Origin: a virus
Lineage: Duplodnaviria > Caudoviricetes
Virus record (IMG/VR): IMGVR_UViG_3300049924_000183
Location: 1-44,209 of that record
DNA: 44,209 bases
Reading direction: 5' to 3' (one strand)
Shown here: positions 16,979 through 25,609 of the stretch, one piece after another
How positions within the stretch are numbered: position 1 is the first letter of the stretch
Layout of the letters: each line of letters starts with the position of its first letter
Program-made: the position numbers and the translations under genes
The notes under the pieces: model-generated
Databases searched by the model: none
Told to the model about the DNA's origin: nothing
Seen by the model: the letters and a program-made list of their open reading frames with translations, nothing else

Positions 16979-18244
16979 ATGGCGTACCTCAAGGCAGGCA
17001 AGACGATCTACGAGGCCAAGGTGCCGACTGAACACGGCCTCGTAGGTCGCACGTGCGGCACGAGCGATCGGAAGCTCGCACACCTGATTGAGGACACCGC
17101 ACGCGAGCTGGCGAACCTGCACGCGTGGGATGTCCTGCAGCGTGTCCACGATCGCACCCTCACGCTGGCAGGCCTGCACGCTGCTTGGTTTCGCAGTGGC
17201 CGCAAGCTGCACGTGTTGCGCATGGCGCTCGAGGACGTGGTGGCCGCACCGCTCATCGAGCAATGGCGCGCACAGCTGGAGTCCCCGGCAAGGGGCGTCT
17301 CGCGGGATACCGCGTCGCACTACCGGGCCGCGGTGTACGCGTTCATCGAGCCCGACCTGCGCCTGTCGCAGATCACGAACGTGCGCATCAAGCGGCACCT
17401 GTCGTCGTTGAAACTGGCCGCCGGCGGCGTCCGCAAGCGTGCCGCCGGCATCGCCGACTTCTGCAACTGGCTCGTCGACCACGGGCATCTCCCGGCGTCG
17501 CCGATGATCGGGGTGAAGCTGCCGAGCCCCGCGTCTCCCCGGGTGACGTTCCTCGACACGTTCGACGTGTTCGTGCTGGCAGACGCACTGCCCCCGCTTC
17601 ACCGGGAGCTCTGCCTTATCCTCGCCGGGACCGGCCTCGATCTCTCGACCGCACTCGAGCTGCGAGCTCGGGATGTCGAGGGTCACCGGGTGACCGCTCG
17701 AGGATCGAAGACGGAATGGCGGAACCGGGTGGTCACCGTGGCGACGTTCGCACGCGAAGCCCTCGCCGGGCTCCTACGTGACCGTCTGCCGGGCGATCTC
17801 CTGTTCCCGGGTATCTCACGCTGGTCGGCGAGCGATGAGCACAGGGAGGCCTGCCTGCGGCTCGCCGTCAGCTATCCGCAGTTCGCCGGCTACTGGCTCC
17901 GCGACCATCGGCACACGTGCGCCGTGCGTCTCGCTCGAGCCGGTGTGCCGATGCGCATCGTGGCGGAGCAGCTCGGGCACCGAGATGAAAGCCTCGTGGC
18001 CCGCGTCTATGGCAGGTACGCTCCAACCGAGAACGAACGCGAGCGATGGGAGCACGTAGCGTCGGTGCGCGATGCAGAGCGCCAGCCCCCCGCTCAGGCC
18101 CCCGCCACCTCGGGGTCCGACCATGTTTCCCCTGCATCAGCCTCGCTGTCCCCGGCGAGCAACCGAGACGCCTGCACTCATAATGCCGGGGTCGCGGGTT
18201 CGAGTCCCGCCCCTGCTACTGGAGAAACTGCAGGACCGGGGTAG
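16979..18244 (+). CDS. int: Tyrosine recombinase / integrase containing attP in its 3' end
   Basis: AAGGAG RBS; GSKT, RDHRH, QLGH, VY; SAM-like core-binding region. Confidence 0.9.
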   Translation: MAYLKAGKTIYEAKVPTEHGLVGRTCGTSDRKLAHLIEDTARELANLHAWDVLQRVHDRTLTLAGLHAAWFRSGRKLHVLRMALEDVVAAPLIEQWRAQLESPARGVSRDTASHYRAAVYAFIEPDLRLSQITNVRIKRHLSSLKLAAGGVRKRAAGIADFCNWLVDHGHLPASPMIGVKLPSPASPRVTFLDTFDVFVLADALPPLHRELCLILAGTGLDLSTALELRARDVEGHRVTARGSKTEWRNRVVTVATFAREALAGLLRDRLPGDLLFPGISRWSASDEHREACLRLAVSYPQFAGYWLRDHRHTCAVRLARAGVPMRIVAEQLGHRDESLVARVYGRYAPTENERERWEHVASVRDAERQPPAQAPATSGSDHVSPASASLSPASNRDACTHNAGVAGSSPAPATGETAGPG

Positions 18245-18280
18245 GCTCGAAGGCTCGGGAGCCCCCCGCGGAGCCCCCCG
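18084..18280 (+). repeat. Putative integrase arm-type sites flanking the attP core
   Basis: AG(C/G)CCCCCG at 18084, 18096, 18260 and 18272: two direct-repeat pairs, each with 12-bp spacing. Confidence 0.65.
18174..18218 (+). other. attP core: 3' half of a CAT-anticodon tRNA (Met or Ile2)
   Basis: GCA-CTCATAA-TGC anticodon arm, GGGTC variable loop, GCGGG-TTCGAGT-CCCGC T-arm, CCCTGCT-A acceptor strand; no 5' half or D-arm. Confidence 0.88.
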
Positions 18281-18293
18281 AGCATGTACAAAA

Positions 18294-18614
18294 ATGTCCC
18301 TCCCCTTGCCGCCAGAGCAGCTGTTGCTGCAGTGGCGATGCGCCAGTCTGAACCTTCGGTGGGTGCGGTGGCTGTTTGGGCGGGACTTCTGCGACTGGGA
18401 AGCGCACGCGCCGCGGGGGATGGTCTTCCTCGCGACCGACGCGCACCACATTGTTCTGAACGACAGCGAGCCCGATCGCTGGCGGCGGCGAATCAACGCC
18501 GTGCTCAACGCCGGGCTCGGGCCGTGCGGGGAGTTCGAGTGTGAAGTGTGCGCCGAGGATGTCGACTGGCCTGATGACGACACCCTCGGCGACTTCGAGG
18601 TCATGCAATACTAA
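18294..18614 (+). CDS. Hypothetical protein downstream of attP
   Basis: MSLPLPPEQLL...C....CEVC with acidic tail; start uncertain. Confidence 0.55.
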   Translation: MSLPLPPEQLLLQWRCASLNLRWVRWLFGRDFCDWEAHAPRGMVFLATDAHHIVLNDSEPDRWRRRINAVLNAGLGPCGEFECEVCAEDVDWPDDDTLGDFEVMQY

Positions 18615-18625
18615 CCGGAGGAAGT

Positions 18626-18784
18626 ATGGTCGAGTTGCTTGCTGGTGTTATCCTGTGCGGGATCGGGTACGTGGCGCTGCTGCTGATTCTCGGAGCGCTC
18701 GGAGAAGTGTGGGGTCAGATTACCGAGCACCACGCACGGCGGCGATTGCGCGGTTCGAGCGATCGAGCACGGAAGAAGTCGTGA
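18626..18784 (+). CDS. Small single-pass membrane protein (52 aa, not in the ORF track)
   Basis: GGAGG RBS; MVELLAGVILCGIGYVALLLILGALG followed by a basic tail. Confidence 0.6.
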   Translation: MVELLAGVILCGIGYVALLLILGALGEVWGQITEHHARRRLRGSSDRARKKS

Positions 18785-20780
18785 CCTTCGACGGCAGTAT
18801 CTGCTTGCCGGTGAGGATGTCGCGCAGGTAGTTGTCGAAGCTGCCCTGCGTCATCGGCATTCCGAGTTGCTCCATGCCGTTTGCCATCGTGTTCTCGAAC
18901 AGGTGCAGGAAGTCTCCACCCCCCGTCTTCGCGCTCGGGATCAGACCAGTGCCAACGAGTCCCGTCCACTGGGACGCTTGGAACTGGTCGCCCCGCATTC
19001 CCATCGGCTTCGCGATGCGGCCATTGATCATGTCGAGCAACGGGATGATGTCGTTCTCGTCGCTCAACGCTTCGCCGAACTTCGGCATCTCGGGGTAGTT
19101 CGACCCGAGACGCAGGCCCTGCGCCGTGCGCGTGTCAGGCACCACAGCCCACGGATGCCCGCCCACACGCCGGGACATGCTGTACATCGGCACCTTGCGT
19201 GCGTCCGTGGACCCGATGATCCCGGCGGCGTTCGCGATCGGATCAGCGACGCCCGCATCGCCGGCCCGCGACATGCGCTCCATCACCGCATCCGGCAGCA
19301 TCAAGTTCGCACTGAACGCGCCCGGATTCGACGACCGAGCAGCGAAGCTGTTCAGCACTTCGCGCATGTTGGCTTGCGTGAGCGGGATGCCGTTCTGCTT
19401 CATGTGATTCACGAGCGTGCCCTTCACGAGTTCTTCCACGACGGGCGTCTGTGCAGACCCCGGCGCAGTCAACGCGTTGAACGAGTCGCCCATCTTCGGA
19501 TCGAGTCCGAGGCGTTCCGCCAGCGTGCGCAGCGACAGACCGCTCGGATACCACGTCTCGCCGCCCGAGTCCCACCCACGACGTGCGATCGTTTGCTGCA
19601 GCTCGATGTTCATCGGGTTATCGAGTGCGGCCACATCCTCGGGGATGATCTGGTTGCGCAGGCCGACCTGCCCGTTGACCGGCGTCTGGTATCGGTCAGC
19701 CAGCTGTGACTGCATCGGCACCATGTCGCGCTCTTCGCGCATGAACTGACTCGCGTTCTTCCAGTTCGGATCGATCGGCGGTTCGGTCAAGTTGCGAAGG
19801 TGCTGCAGCATTCCCGAGATGCGATCGTCGCGCTGCGCGTTACTCAGTCGCGTCGGACCAAGCGACGCACGAGAGACGGGGCGCACCACGGTGCCGCCGT
19901 TCTCGACGAGCTTCTTGATCGCCGAGGTCGACGGGGTAAAGCGTTCCGGCTGCACGTCAGGCACACGATTCGGATTCGCGACTTCACTGAAGTCACTGAG
20001 ATCGAACGCGGCCTTCTCGCCCGTGCCTTCCATTGCCTTCAACGCCGACGCACGATCGGGGTGCGCCTTCGTCGTCTCGAAGTACATCTCGCCGGTTTCG
20101 CCGTCGCGCCACCAGCCCATGTGCAGCTTGCCGTCCTGACGGAACAGCGGGTTCTGCTTCCACAGTTCCTGCACCATCTTCGCATCCGGCAACACGTCAC
20201 GCAGGATGGGCGCAGCCTTGGTTCCCGGCGGGTTCGCGACCATCACGCCACGCGTGAGCGGCTTGCCCGTGACGGGGTTGATCGATCCGCCATCCGGGTT
20301 CGCACGCATCGCCTCGGCGATCTTCTCCGCCTGCGCATCACTCAACTTCTCAGGACGCGTCGGCAGCCGCTTCGGTGCACGACGCCCCGCAGTCGCAGCA
20401 ACCTTCGCTTCCGCCTCGACGCCTTCGATTGCGGCCTTCGCCCCGCGGCGAAGCGTGCCGACGAACGGCAACGTCGACAGCAGCAGCGCGCCGCTGTTCA
20501 ACGCCATGCCGAGCTTCGAGCCCTCGCGGGCCGAGCGCACGAGATCGCGACCGGCCTGCGGTGCACCGGCAAACGGCAATGCGCCCGTGACCATGTCAGG
20601 CACAACGTCACTCGGGCGTGCGTCCGCCGGGTCGAGCGACACCGAACGCCGGGCATAGTCAGGTGCCCACTTGATCAGGTCTGCAATGTCGTCGCTGAAT
20701 CGACGAGTCGGACGCGCTTCCCGGCGGGTACGCGTCGCGTCAGCCACCATGCGTGGTGGACGAGGACGAACTGGGGGCAT
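18720..20780 (-). CDS. Large putative internal virion / ejection protein with a C-terminal HhH-glycosylase-like domain
   Basis: Last gene of the late operon; WY...SAQTPV..E...KV..Y...V.D...QASQW motif order. Confidence 0.6.
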   Translation of the reverse strand: MPPVRPRPPRMVADATRTRREARPTRRFSDDIADLIKWAPDYARRSVSLDPADARPSDVVPDMVTGALPFAGAPQAGRDLVRSAREGSKLGMALNSGALLLSTLPFVGTLRRGAKAAIEGVEAEAKVAATAGRRAPKRLPTRPEKLSDAQAEKIAEAMRANPDGGSINPVTGKPLTRGVMVANPPGTKAAPILRDVLPDAKMVQELWKQNPLFRQDGKLHMGWWRDGETGEMYFETTKAHPDRASALKAMEGTGEKAAFDLSDFSEVANPNRVPDVQPERFTPSTSAIKKLVENGGTVVRPVSRASLGPTRLSNAQRDDRISGMLQHLRNLTEPPIDPNWKNASQFMREERDMVPMQSQLADRYQTPVNGQVGLRNQIIPEDVAALDNPMNIELQQTIARRGWDSGGETWYPSGLSLRTLAERLGLDPKMGDSFNALTAPGSAQTPVVEELVKGTLVNHMKQNGIPLTQANMREVLNSFAARSSNPGAFSANLMLPDAVMERMSRAGDAGVADPIANAAGIIGSTDARKVPMYSMSRRVGGHPWAVVPDTRTAQGLRLGSNYPEMPKFGEALSDENDIIPLLDMINGRIAKPMGMRGDQFQASQWTGLVGTGLIPSAKTGGGDFLHLFENTMANGMEQLGMPMTQGSFDNYLRDILTGKQILPSKVTTSSVLDRSNRAIAAVRGAR

Positions 20781-20783
20781 GAA

Positions 20784-22634
20784 CTACCTCTGGAACATCG
20801 ACATCAAGCCCTGCGCAGACAGTGCGCCTCCTGCGCCTGTCATCACTCCATTCCGGCGGGACGGCAACATCGCATCGAGCTGCTCGAGGATGCCCGTCGT
20901 GCCTTGCCGCATCAGCGGGTGTGCGAGGTTCGCGGCAGTCTTCTGTCGCAGGCCTCGACCAAACGCTTCCTTCACGAGCCCGCCGGCGGCACCGCCGATG
21001 TCGCCACGCATGACCTGACCGGCAGCTTCCGTCGGGTTGTACGACTCGTTGGCCTGCCGGAATGCCGTCATGCTATTCCCCGTCACGTTGTCCGTGCGAG
21101 CCATCTCCAACTCCACGCGTGCACGCTGCAGGTAGCGATTGAGTGTCGCCTTGTTTCCAAACGCAATGCGCAGCTTCGTGTCGAACGCTTCGCTGCGCTC
21201 GAGGATGTCGTTGATCTTCGACATCTGCCCGGCCTTCATCTGACTCAGGTCTTCAACCCACTGCGCGGCAATGCCCCGGCGAGCGGCTTCGAGCGCCACA
21301 GTGCGTGTGCCGCGATCGGGGATGCGACGCAGGTTGTTGAACGCCGTCCGAATTGCGCCCACGTCCGACGAGCGCCACCAGTCCTGCGTCTGCTGCAACG
21401 TCTCTTCCACCGTCTTGAAGTTCCGGTACTGATCATTCAGCGCACGGTACTCTGGCACACGCGACGCGATGTACTGGTCGAGGTCCGTCGCCGCTTGCTT
21501 GAGGGCGGCACCACGGTCGCCGCGGCCTTCCTTCTCGAACGCGGCATTCGCCATGGCGGCAATCTGCTTCTTCACTTCATGCAGACGACCGACACTGAGC
21601 GGCTGGGGACGAGCGCCCCCGGCGATGATCGGCGTGTCGCCGGCGCGAGTGAAGGCCTGCGTGACTTCAGGACGCTCGATGATCGATCGCAGCTCGTCAT
21701 CGAGGGGCATCACCTGATTGGCCGAGCGCATACTGCCATACGCCTGATTCGCCCACTGCTGACGAGCGGCCTCGACCCCGGCGATGTCGTTCCCCGCCGA
21801 GGGCAGCGGTGTGCCCATCAACTGCTTTGCGTCGTTGATCATCCGGGTCGGACGATCCGCACGACGCAGCCCCAGCTCCTGCAGCACGCGAGCCCGCACA
21901 TCGGGGTTCGCGTTGGCGGCGAAGTCGAGTTCACTGCGCAGCCGCGGCGACAGATCGGCCATGCGAACAACATCACCACGCCCGGCGCGTTGCGCAGCAC
22001 GTGCCGCCTCGACCACCGCATCGCGACCGCCCATTGAGTTCTCGATCGCAGCGCGCAGGCGATCCTTCGCGACGAGGCTCGGGTTCATGCCGCGAGCGAC
22101 GAGGTTGACCGCACTCGGCGCGAGAGCGCCCGCCACACCGCCGAGCAGTGCACCCGCACCCGCGGCTCCCCACCGCTCCCCTTCGGGCGCATTGATTGCG
22201 TTGTAGGCTGCGCCTTCTGCCGCACCGGCGAGCCCGCCCCCTGCCGCGATGCGAGCACCGCCCTGCAGTCCAAACCGACCGGCGACGAGTGCATCGGCAG
22301 CACCGCCGGTCAGGAGCGACGGTACGATTGCGCCAGTGAGCTGCGCGGCCCCGTCAAGGATGGGATGTGCGTCGCCAAACTGATTCGCCGCCTGTTCGTC
22401 GACGACGCCGAACTTTCCCGCGGCACCCAGTGTCGCGCCCTGCACCGCGCTGCGCGCAATGTTGCCGGTCGACACCGTCGCGTTCCGTGCGCGACGATCT
22501 TCCTGCGTAATCTGTGCCCGCAGTTCGGACTCCGAGGAGAACCCGTTCTCCGCGAGCACATCGGCGATTTCATCGGGCCCGGCGCGCTTGGCACGCATCC
22601 GCTGCAAGAGCGTGAGCAATTCCTTCGGAGGCAT
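20784..22634 (-). CDS. Putative internal virion / DNA ejection protein
   Basis: 616 aa; QGATLG and Gly/Ala-rich hydrophobic helices; position in the ejection module. Confidence 0.7.
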   Translation of the reverse strand: MPPKELLTLLQRMRAKRAGPDEIADVLAENGFSSESELRAQITQEDRRARNATVSTGNIARSAVQGATLGAAGKFGVVDEQAANQFGDAHPILDGAAQLTGAIVPSLLTGGAADALVAGRFGLQGGARIAAGGGLAGAAEGAAYNAINAPEGERWGAAGAGALLGGVAGALAPSAVNLVARGMNPSLVAKDRLRAAIENSMGGRDAVVEAARAAQRAGRGDVVRMADLSPRLRSELDFAANANPDVRARVLQELGLRRADRPTRMINDAKQLMGTPLPSAGNDIAGVEAARQQWANQAYGSMRSANQVMPLDDELRSIIERPEVTQAFTRAGDTPIIAGGARPQPLSVGRLHEVKKQIAAMANAAFEKEGRGDRGAALKQAATDLDQYIASRVPEYRALNDQYRNFKTVEETLQQTQDWWRSSDVGAIRTAFNNLRRIPDRGTRTVALEAARRGIAAQWVEDLSQMKAGQMSKINDILERSEAFDTKLRIAFGNKATLNRYLQRARVELEMARTDNVTGNSMTAFRQANESYNPTEAAGQVMRGDIGGAAGGLVKEAFGRGLRQKTAANLAHPLMRQGTTGILEQLDAMLPSRRNGVMTGAGGALSAQGLMSMFQR

Positions 22635-23692
22635 TACTTGTACTTCTCCTGTGCAGCCTTCGTCTTCGCACCGACAGCGGGCTTCCCGAGCCGAACCACC
22701 GCAGCGGGGACTTTGGCGTAGCCCGCCATGTTGCTGACCTGCGAGATCGCCTGCGCTCGCAGCTGCGCCTTGACGCGCATCGTCTCCTGATCATCGCCGG
22801 GCTGCGGCAGATACGTGGCCCGAGCGGAGTCCATTTCTTCGTTCGAGATGGCTGCGCCAGACTCCACGCGCAGGATGCCCATCAGGAACGAGTCACCGAT
22901 GGCCTTGTACTGCCGACCTTCCGGCGTCGCGAAGAAGTTCCCGGCGAGGTTTCCGCCAGCGATGCGTGCGGTGATCTGCGGGTCGAACGCCGCGAGTGCG
23001 TCGTGTGCAACCTGCATTCGCGGCACGATCGCCGCGGCACGCAGCATCCCTTCGGTCGGCTTGCCACGCAGGCCATCCGGCCCGGTATCACCGCCGGGCA
23101 TCCGGTGCTTGAACATCGTCTCGATCACCTTCCCCGTGTCCGGGTCACGCAATTGAATCCGATCACCAAGGTCGTAGTGTTCCGGCTGACGACGCGCCTG
23201 CACTTTCGGCTCGTCGCCGATCGGGTTGACGATGTTCGAGAGCGGGCCGACGAGATCATCGAGGCCCATCGATGCGGCCTTGATCATCAGGTTCGTCACC
23301 GCCACCCGGCGAGCAGCAGGCGGCATCCCGTCCGTCAAGCGAAACTCACTGAGCAGCTGCCCTCGAGCCGCGGCCTGCTGCTGCTTCCGCTGCTCGTCCG
23401 CCTGCAGCTTCATCGCCTGCATCTCCCGCACCTGATTCACGGAGTCGAGCTGCGCCTGCTGGAACCCCCGCTGTGCCAGCGCATCGCGCTGGTCATCGTA
23501 GGCACCGAAGCCGCGCTGTACCGCCTGACCCAAGGCCTGCGGCACGCCCATCCCCGGCGAGTTCAAGAGCGACGCACCCGCCGTCATCAGTCCTCGCCGG
23601 AATGGATCAGCGCCGATCTGCTGCGCACGAGACACGAGGCGACCCATCAACCCCTGCGGTTCGTCAGGCGACATTCCGTATGGCATCATCAT
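22634..23692 (-). CDS. Putative DNA ejection protein
   Basis: Gln/Ala-rich; LRVESGAAI...E......Y.PQPGD motif. Confidence 0.7.
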   Translation of the reverse strand: MMMPYGMSPDEPQGLMGRLVSRAQQIGADPFRRGLMTAGASLLNSPGMGVPQALGQAVQRGFGAYDDQRDALAQRGFQQAQLDSVNQVREMQAMKLQADEQRKQQQAAARGQLLSEFRLTDGMPPAARRVAVTNLMIKAASMGLDDLVGPLSNIVNPIGDEPKVQARRQPEHYDLGDRIQLRDPDTGKVIETMFKHRMPGGDTGPDGLRGKPTEGMLRAAAIVPRMQVAHDALAAFDPQITARIAGGNLAGNFFATPEGRQYKAIGDSFLMGILRVESGAAISNEEMDSARATYLPQPGDDQETMRVKAQLRAQAISQVSNMAGYAKVPAAVVRLGKPAVGAKTKAAQEKYK

Positions 23693-25002
23693 CGACCGAC
23701 TCCCGCGAGGCTCTGGCCTAGCCTGTCGCTCCAGTTAGTGAACTGCGGATTGTTGAGGCCCGCGTTAATCATGCTCGTGCCCCTGCCGAGCATCGAGGTA
23801 AAGGGCAGCGACGCGCCGCCCGTGAAAGCACCGAGGGCCAAGCCGCCGAGACCGAGGGCCGTGTTCCACGGTGACTGCGTCTGCGTCTGCGTGTTGGTCT
23901 GCGTGCGATCGGCGAGACTGCCGAAGACACCGCCTGCGCCGAGCATCGTGCCCAGCCCGCGGAGCTGACCATCCCGGTTGTAGTCGAAGGCCGCACGGTT
24001 CGCATCGAACTGACCCTGCTGCGTCTGCTGCTGCGCGTTGCCGTAGCTCCCGGCGAGGCCTGCACCGAACTGGCCCGCGTTGAACAGGTTGCCGTACCCG
24101 GTCGCACCCTGATTGAGCAGGTTGCTGTACGCGTTGCCGCCGACGTTCGCGAGCTGGTTCCCGGCCATCCCGCCGAACTGCGCGAGGTTGCTGGCATTGC
24201 CGTTGTACGCGGTCGCGAGTGCGCCGGCATTCGAGGCACCGAAGTCCGCGAGCCCCATCCCGGCGTTGTATCGGAACTGCTGCTGGCCCTGAGCGGCGTT
24301 CAACGCCTGACCGTACCCGCTCTGCATCAGGTTCGCGATCTGGCTGTTCATGCCGTTCGCCAGCTCGCCCTGCGCTGCACCGCGGAAGAGGTCCGACCGG
24401 GAGCCACCGAACGCGCCAGCCTTCGTGAACTGGTCGGAGATGTTGCGGTCGACGATCTGCGAGGTCTTCCCGAACTCATTCCGAGCGGCGTCGATCACGT
24501 GCTGCTGGAACGGGTTCATGAAAGCGCCGACGTTCGGCATCCCGCCCGCCGCCGACTGCGCCATCGAGAGACCGCCGGGAAGGGCCCCAGCGGCCTGCTG
24601 GAGGCCCTGAAATCCGTTGGCCCCGTAGTGCATGCCCTGCGCCAGTCCGCCCAGTCCTATGCCCGTATACGCGGCCTGCTGGCCCAAAGCGTTCAGGCCT
24701 TGGCCCTGAGCCCCCGCCGCCTGATACTGGCCGGCCAGACCGGCATCATACTGGTCGGCCATCTGCCCGTATCCGTTCATGCCCTGCGCCAGCCCGTCGA
24801 GCGCGTTCATCCCGGCCCGACCGACCATGTCCTGCGCGCCGTTCATCCCGGCGACCCATGGACCGCCGTAGGCCTGATCACGACCGTCCGCCTGCCAGAT
24901 CGAGACATCTCGGGCGGCTTGCATGGCCCGGTCGCGGTACGCTGCCGTTTGCGGATCGACCGCGCTCGTCGACCGCGTCGTCTGCGTGTTGTTCTTGCCC
25001 AT
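23689..25002 (-). CDS. Putative DNA ejection / pilot protein
   Basis: MGKNNTQTT start; Gly/Gln/Ala/Asn-rich; MNPF...V, GAFGGSR. Confidence 0.75.
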   Translation of the reverse strand: MGKNNTQTTRSTSAVDPQTAAYRDRAMQAARDVSIWQADGRDQAYGGPWVAGMNGAQDMVGRAGMNALDGLAQGMNGYGQMADQYDAGLAGQYQAAGAQGQGLNALGQQAAYTGIGLGGLAQGMHYGANGFQGLQQAAGALPGGLSMAQSAAGGMPNVGAFMNPFQQHVIDAARNEFGKTSQIVDRNISDQFTKAGAFGGSRSDLFRGAAQGELANGMNSQIANLMQSGYGQALNAAQGQQQFRYNAGMGLADFGASNAGALATAYNGNASNLAQFGGMAGNQLANVGGNAYSNLLNQGATGYGNLFNAGQFGAGLAGSYGNAQQQTQQGQFDANRAAFDYNRDGQLRGLGTMLGAGGVFGSLADRTQTNTQTQTQSPWNTALGLGGLALGAFTGGASLPFTSMLGRGTSMINAGLNNPQFTNWSDRLGQSLAGVGR

Positions 25003-25376
25003 TACAGCCCAACCTCCATGTGCACCAGCGGTTGTACGACCCACCCGGCGCGCTTCAGGAACGTGCGTTCCCACCCGCGTCGACCAATCAGCGACGCTTT
25101 ACTGCAGCCCTGCGTCTTGCCCCACTCGAGCACCGTGGGCGTCATCGCCTCGAGCTCCGCGAGGTCGCCCCCGGCGAGGAAGAAGTGCAGATGCGACGTG
25201 CTCGGAAACGACACGATCGAGGTCACGATCCCACTCCGCACACCCGGCCAGAACTGACAGTCCCCGTTCTCGATCATCGACCACACATCATCCATCGTGT
25301 GTGCACCGCCATCGAGCACGAGCGCGTTCTGCAACGCCGGGAACCACGCGCCTTGCTCAAACTCTGTACGCGTCAT
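25002..25376 (-). CDS. Conserved podovirus protein (GNAT-like fold) preceding ejection genes
   Basis: LH.FLAGGDL.EL...GC....GR.GWER. Confidence 0.7.
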   Translation of the reverse strand: MTRTEFEQGAWFPALQNALVLDGGAHTMDDVWSMIENGDCQFWPGVRSGIVTSIVSFPSTSHLHFFLAGGDLAELEAMTPTVLEWGKTQGCSKASLIGRRGWERTFLKRAGWVVQPLVHMEVGL

Positions 25377-25609
25377 TTCGGTACGTCGTGCAGCCACTTG
25401 GCTACCACGCCGACAATCGTGCCGAAGAACCCGGCGAGGATCACAGCGAACTTCCACGCGCCTTCCACTCGTGCCAAGACCAGCTTCATCTCCTGCACGT
25501 CGTACCGCAGCGCGGCCACATCATTGCGCAGCCCGTCCGTGACTTTGTCCTGCGCATCTTGCCGCGCCGATGTTTCCCCCATCTGGTACTCCCGGTCAGC
25601 CACGATCAT
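25373..25609 (-). CDS. Small coiled-coil protein with a C-terminal transmembrane helix
   Basis: Coiled coil followed by GAWKFAVILAGFFGTIVGVVAKW. Confidence 0.65.
   Translation of the reverse strand: MIVADREYQMGETSARQDAQDKVTDGLRNDVAALRYDVQEMKLVLARVEGAWKFAVILAGFFGTIVGVVAKWLHDVPK

Noticed and set aside
18140-18220. Complete tRNA-Met gene
   Set aside because: Only the anticodon loop to acceptor 3' strand is present; there is no D-arm or 5' acceptor strand and the outer anticodon stem is mismatched. Treated as attP.
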